10,446 nt of DNA from Methanobacteriota archaeon (GTDB lineage: Archaea > Thermoplasmatota > Poseidoniia > Poseidoniales > Poseidoniaceae): NCBI GenBank assembly GCA_018650165.1, contig JABIGM010000046.1, positions 1-10,446 on the forward strand, in the 5' to 3' direction. Under the pieces are notes generated by a model. The model saw only the letters and a list, made by a program, of their open reading frames with translations. It made no database searches and was not told the DNA's origin. Position numbers and translations under genes: made by a program. Of the stretch, positions 7,235 through 10,446 are shown piece after piece. Each line of letters starts with the position of its first letter. Position 1 is the first letter of the stretch.

Positions 7235-7304
7235 TTTTTTCCAATTGGATTTTTAATTTTTCAATTAGAGTTTAATTTAATTTTTTGGGCTTTTGCTACA
7301 TTTT
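7235..7304 (+). terminator. Multi-T-tract archaeal-type terminator region
   Basis: T runs on + at 7235-40 (6), 7250-54 (5), 7257-61 (5), 7281-86 (6), 7291-94 (4) and 7301-04 (4), directly after the esterase stop. Confidence 0.65.
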
Positions 7305-7341
7305 AGGTAGGAGACTTAAGCCCCCGCCTTCTGCCACAACC

Positions 7342-8160
7342 ATGGTCACCGCGAAAGCACCTGTTAGAATCGATCTTGCAGGGGGATGGTCTGATGCAGC
7401 GCCTTTCTGTGAGCAAGTGGGAGGAGATGTTGTCAATGTCGCAATCAATCATTATGCACATGCAGAAATGACTACAGATTCAGATGGCAAAATCAGTGTT
7501 AACTACGGTTGTGATATTCCAGTTGGTAGTGGCCTTGGGACTTCAGGTGCTATCAATGTGGCATTGATGGCGGCCATCAAAGGTGCTGAAAATTCTGAAG
7601 AATTGGCTTTCAAGTTTGAACAAGTACTGGGTAATCACGGTGGACGCCAAGACCAGTGGGCAGCCAGATATGGGGGAATCCAACATCTCAAATTCATAGG
7701 GCAACATGTAGAGAGAGTACATCTTGTTCCTCCGCCATCATTCAATCGATGGTTGGAGAAACATCTCATTCTTGCAGACACAGGTGTGCGCCATAGTTCA
7801 GGAGACTTACACGATAGTGTGTGGGCTCGTTATGAGGAAGTTTTACCACACCTAATGGATATACGTCAAAGCGGTAAAGACATGGCGACCCATGTCCAAA
7901 GAGATGACCGATTCAATCTATGTGTGGCGATGAAATCCTACACTGCGGCAGTAGGCCGCTTGGATCCTGCATTGAATGCACCTTACCTGATGCTAGAGGA
8001 TATGGCAGATGTTCTAGCCTGGAAAGGCATGGGTGCAGGTGCGGGTGGTTATGTCGGTATTATTTCCCGAAACCCCGAGGCGACTAAAGAAGCGATTCCT
8101 TGGGATATTCTCGACTGGAAAATCGATTATGATGGACTAGTACTTACGGATGATGATTAA
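7342..8160 (+). CDS. GHMP-family sugar kinase, L-fucokinase/HddA-like, stand-alone, 272 aa
   Basis: APVRIDLAGGWSD, IPVGSGLGTSG (ATP-binding loop), EQVLGNHGGRQDQ, LILADTG and KGMGAGAGGY. ATG 7342 is preferred over the track's TTG 7285 (inside the T tract); CTTAAG lies at -27..-22. Confidence 0.88.
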   Translation: MVTAKAPVRIDLAGGWSDAAPFCEQVGGDVVNVAINHYAHAEMTTDSDGKISVNYGCDIPVGSGLGTSGAINVALMAAIKGAENSEELAFKFEQVLGNHGGRQDQWAARYGGIQHLKFIGQHVERVHLVPPPSFNRWLEKHLILADTGVRHSSGDLHDSVWARYEEVLPHLMDIRQSGKDMATHVQRDDRFNLCVAMKSYTAAVGRLDPALNAPYLMLEDMADVLAWKGMGAGAGGYVGIISRNPEATKEAIPWDILDWKIDYDGLVLTDDD

Positions 8161-8195
8161 CATACATTCAAGAAGGGTCACCCTGACAACCCGCC

Positions 8196-8465
8196 ATGAG
8201 TCGTGTGGTAGATGATGCCAAATCCTCGGATGCAGATTTCATTGTGTATTCTACGACATTTTGCCCATACTGTGTAGCAGCAAAGCGTTTATTCGATGCT
8301 AAAGGTTTGACTTACCACGAAATTAATTTCGATCATGAACCCGATGTTCGCAATGATGTCGTGTCCGAGACTGGTCATCGTACAGTTCCTGTAATTATCG
8401 ATAACAGGGGCGATAACCCAATGTTCATCGGTGGCTTTGATGAGACTCAAAGATATCTAAAATGA
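8196..8465 (+). CDS. grx: Dithiol glutaredoxin (GrxC-like)
   Basis: YSTTFCPYCVAAKRLF (CPYC), TGHRTVPVI (cis-Pro loop) and FIGGFDE. TTCAAG lies at -29..-24. Confidence 0.92.
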   Translation: MSRVVDDAKSSDADFIVYSTTFCPYCVAAKRLFDAKGLTYHEINFDHEPDVRNDVVSETGHRTVPVIIDNRGDNPMFIGGFDETQRYLK

Positions 8466-8535
8466 CATTTGAGAAATTTGTTGATACTGCTAAATCAACT
8501 GATTAACCTAAATGCAACCTCTATGACGACATCAC

Positions 8536-8964
8536 ATGGACCGGAGGGGTATTGTTCTATGCATCATCCTGTTTTTTTCATTTTCAACACCTGGATGCTT
8601 TAGTGAGCCAGAATCATTTTACTATTCAGTCGAAGACCCCGAAAAGAATACTAATTCGGTTGAAACATCAGACGTTCTTTTCAATCTAATTTTGGACGAT
8701 GATGGTGGTGTCGACATGGATATTTCAGATTTGGTCGTCACTATCGAACGCTCAGGATCTCACATTTGCTCTACATCACCCTCGGAGGGAAATTGTACAC
8801 TTATTCAATCAGGTGATGATGATTCAACTTGGGAAATCGGAGAAACATTGAATGTTACAGAAAATGGATTCAATATCTGCTCTCAGCACTGCATTATAGC
8901 TTTCAGCGTCGAAGGTCCTGAAGGTGCGAAAATAGTCGGTCCAACAATTCTTAATTCTACATAA
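8536..8964 (+). CDS. Small secreted acidic lipoprotein-like protein, 142 aa, four extra Cys
   Basis: MDRRGIVLCIILFFSFSTPGC has a basic n-region, a hydrophobic h-region and a lipobox-like Cys. The mature part is beta-rich with HICSTSPSEGNCTL, NICSQHCII and GDDDSTWEIGETLNV. Confidence 0.8.
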   Translation: MDRRGIVLCIILFFSFSTPGCFSEPESFYYSVEDPEKNTNSVETSDVLFNLILDDDGGVDMDISDLVVTIERSGSHICSTSPSEGNCTLIQSGDDDSTWEIGETLNVTENGFNICSQHCIIAFSVEGPEGAKIVGPTILNST

Positions 8965-8965
8965 G

Positions 8966-8987
8966 AACACAGAATATTGTGGTTTTT
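8966..8987 (+). terminator. Possible hairpin plus T5 terminator between convergent genes
   Basis: AACACA-gaatat-TGTG(G)TT stem with one bulge, followed by TTTTT (8983-8987), in the 27-nt gap between two stops. Confidence 0.35.
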
Positions 8988-8991
8988 GATG

Positions 8992-10137
8992 TCACGACTC
9001 ATGTGCCGAAAACTTAGCTGAAATAATGCAATGGTCAGAGGCTTCTACTTCACAATCAGTTGAGTATGAACCTAGGAACTCTTGAGTTCCACCATCACCG
9101 ATAATCATCCGATCATATGCACAGGATGACGATTCAGCAGTGTTGGTATTAGTTCCATCAGGTATTATCCATTGATAGTCTCCATTACGAATATCTAATT
9201 CATCTAATTCAGATGAACTTGCATAACTACAATCTGCATTCAGGTCCCCAAGCAAAATGAAATCATCCTCATTGGGGTATTGAAATTTAGCCCATTCGAA
9301 TACATTTACCAAAGCGTTGATCTCATCCACTGCATCATCTGGTTTCACATGTAAGGTGATTAGGACAAATGTATAGTCGTATTCAGTTGATTGAAATCTA
9401 GCAGCGAATGGTTCCCTAGAGAACTCACAATCGGTGTCTGGATAGTGGTGTCCTTCTTCAAGTGGTTTGATTGTATCGTTATTGTAAAAGAAAGCATACT
9501 GCTCTGAGGCATATGGGTTTTCTTCGCAATAAACTCCAGTTCTGTTAGATAGAATCATTCCATATTCACCATATGTCTCAACTTCATCTTGAAGGATGTA
9601 GGGCGCAGTTCCTGGATTTTTGTCCTTTATTTCCTGAACAGCAATAACATCATAATAACTAATTTTTTCTGCAATCTCAGAAAGTTCCTGTTGATTATTG
9701 GCTTTAGATTGTCCAAATACTTCCAAATTCCATGAACCGATTTTAACTTCATGGGGGCACACTTCCTCTTGGTTTTCAGATTCACTAACTGTTGACTCTG
9801 CTTCAAAACCTGACACTAAGTTTGTATTATTGGCAGAGCAATCGGTTACTGGAGCATGACTTTCTGAAATAGGGGACAACGATGCAAGCACTATAATTAA
9901 TGATAAACAAATAGATACCAAACAAACTCCACTAAAGATGTACAACTTTTGTTTGGGCTTCAATTTAGCAAAGAAACTGGTATTGCCCGATCTCTCTTCA
10001 AGTGAAGTAGAATTTGTGATTACTGTGCCGTGAGGAACAGCTCCATTCTCTAAAGCCAATGTCTGCTTTTCGCTAGCAACCCATTCTCCATCATCCAATT
10101 GCCAAAACCCATCTGGACTCAAGACAGGGTCTGACAT
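8992..10137 (-). CDS. Membrane-anchored DNase I-like endonuclease (EEP superfamily), 381 aa
   Basis: IGSWNLEVFGQSK, YDVIAVQEIKD, EQYAFFY, FSREPF, TLHVKPDDAVDEINAL, LLGDLNADCSY, QWIIPD, CAYDR and SDH align in order with bovine DNase I motifs as I recall them. One TM helix (LYIFSGVCLVSICLSLIIVLASL) follows the basic patch KLKPKQK. Confidence 0.92.
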   Translation of the reverse strand: MSDPVLSPDGFWQLDDGEWVASEKQTLALENGAVPHGTVITNSTSLEERSGNTSFFAKLKPKQKLYIFSGVCLVSICLSLIIVLASLSPISESHAPVTDCSANNTNLVSGFEAESTVSESENQEEVCPHEVKIGSWNLEVFGQSKANNQQELSEIAEKISYYDVIAVQEIKDKNPGTAPYILQDEVETYGEYGMILSNRTGVYCEENPYASEQYAFFYNNDTIKPLEEGHHYPDTDCEFSREPFAARFQSTEYDYTFVLITLHVKPDDAVDEINALVNVFEWAKFQYPNEDDFILLGDLNADCSYASSSELDELDIRNGDYQWIIPDGTNTNTAESSSCAYDRMIIGDGGTQEFLGSYSTDCEVEASDHCIISAKFSAHES

Positions 10138-10157
10138 ACTTTGTCCTCAATGCTAGG

Positions 10158-10340
10158 ATGTATCAACAATCCGCTTACCTTGAAGCATATACTATGGTGA
10201 TGGAAGACGGTGTTCTAACTGAAAATGAGCAAAAGTTGCTGAAGTTACAGGCCAAGAATCTCGGACTAAACCAGGCTCGTGTTGATTCTCTAGAAGCATG
10301 GTATGCAGAATCATTGGTATCTTCTAGTGAAGAAGAATAA
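10158..10340 (+). CDS. Small hypothetical protein, 60 aa, TerB/DjlA-N-like helical hairpin motif
   Basis: YLEAYTMVMEDGVLTENEQKLLKLQAKNLGLNQARVDSLE fits the A..DG.lt..E..lL...a..LGl....v..le pattern of TerB-like domains. Confidence 0.7.
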   Translation: MYQQSAYLEAYTMVMEDGVLTENEQKLLKLQAKNLGLNQARVDSLEAWYAESLVSSSEEE

Positions 10341-10446
10341 TCCAGTGGACGCTATTCGTCAGTACCCCGTTTGAGTAAAAGGTAGTCAAAGTGCTCGCGC
10401 CGGGGTGCGCTGAAATTATATTCTGCGCAATTCTCGAATCATTTCG

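Noticed and set aside
8174-8184. AGGGT-C-ACCCT palindrome upstream of grx and CCTT-ATG-AAGG (3449-3459) upstream of hppA, as a regulon shared with the 2457-2470 dyad
   Set aside because: The half-sites are short and spacers differ (GGGT-N1-ACCC versus GGGT-N6-ACCC), so one factor is unlikely and chance is plausible.
9192-9210. ATCTAATTC tandem duplication
   Set aside because: It simply encodes ELD-ELD within the DNase; two copies only, not an array.
8466-10140. Lower GC around the DNase as evidence of recent horizontal transfer
   Set aside because: Hand counts give 18-19 G/C per 60 nt in rows 9181, 9661 and 9901 versus 31 in row 1141 (polX), but the nth row 181 also gives 19. There is no integrase, tRNA or flanking repeat. 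A sliding-window or tetranucleotide analysis would be needed.
10324-10446. Open minus-strand frame RNDSRIAQNIISAHPG...IILLH*
   Set aside because: Truncated by the window, unrecognised, overlapping the 60-aa ORF, and competing with another plausible C-terminus (EMIRELRRI*).
1-10446. CRISPR array, tRNA/rRNA, IS element, prophage or classical defence system
   Set aside because: No spaced direct repeats, cloverleaf, terminal inverted repeats, or transposase, integrase, methylase or Cas motifs were seen on either strand.

Overview
This is a gene-dense chromosomal window with no CRISPR array, tRNA/rRNA, transposase or integrase that I can see. It looks archaeal. The evidence is GGTGAT Shine-Dalgarno sites, TATA-like hexamers 21-30 nt upstream of apparently leaderless ATGs, T-tract terminators and acidic lipobox proteins. 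The protein style suggests Marine Group II / Ca. Poseidoniales, which is an inference. Gene order: [nth (partial) <- 71-aa membrane protein <- PolX-PHP] <> 3-TM protein -><- NifU-like <> CopZ-like HMA -> membrane pyrophosphatase HppA (Na+-pump signature) -> beta-rich lipoprotein -> carboxylesterase, T-rich terminator, minimal fucokinase-like GHMP kinase -> CPYC glutaredoxin -> small Cys lipoprotein -><- membrane-anchored DNase I-like nuclease <> 60-aa TerB-like protein. Four observations stand out. (1) The surface-anchored nuclease keeps the animal DNase I catalytic set and its 36-residue-spaced disulfide. (2) The PolX has Gln in place of the third catalytic Asp and a ~32-aa palm insertion, keeps an intact PHP nuclease site, and is translationally coupled to endonuclease III. 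(3) The kinase is a stand-alone, internally shortened fucokinase-like enzyme. (4) The NifU/CopZ divergent pair has a candidate operator. All family calls rest on motif recognition by eye; no database search was run.
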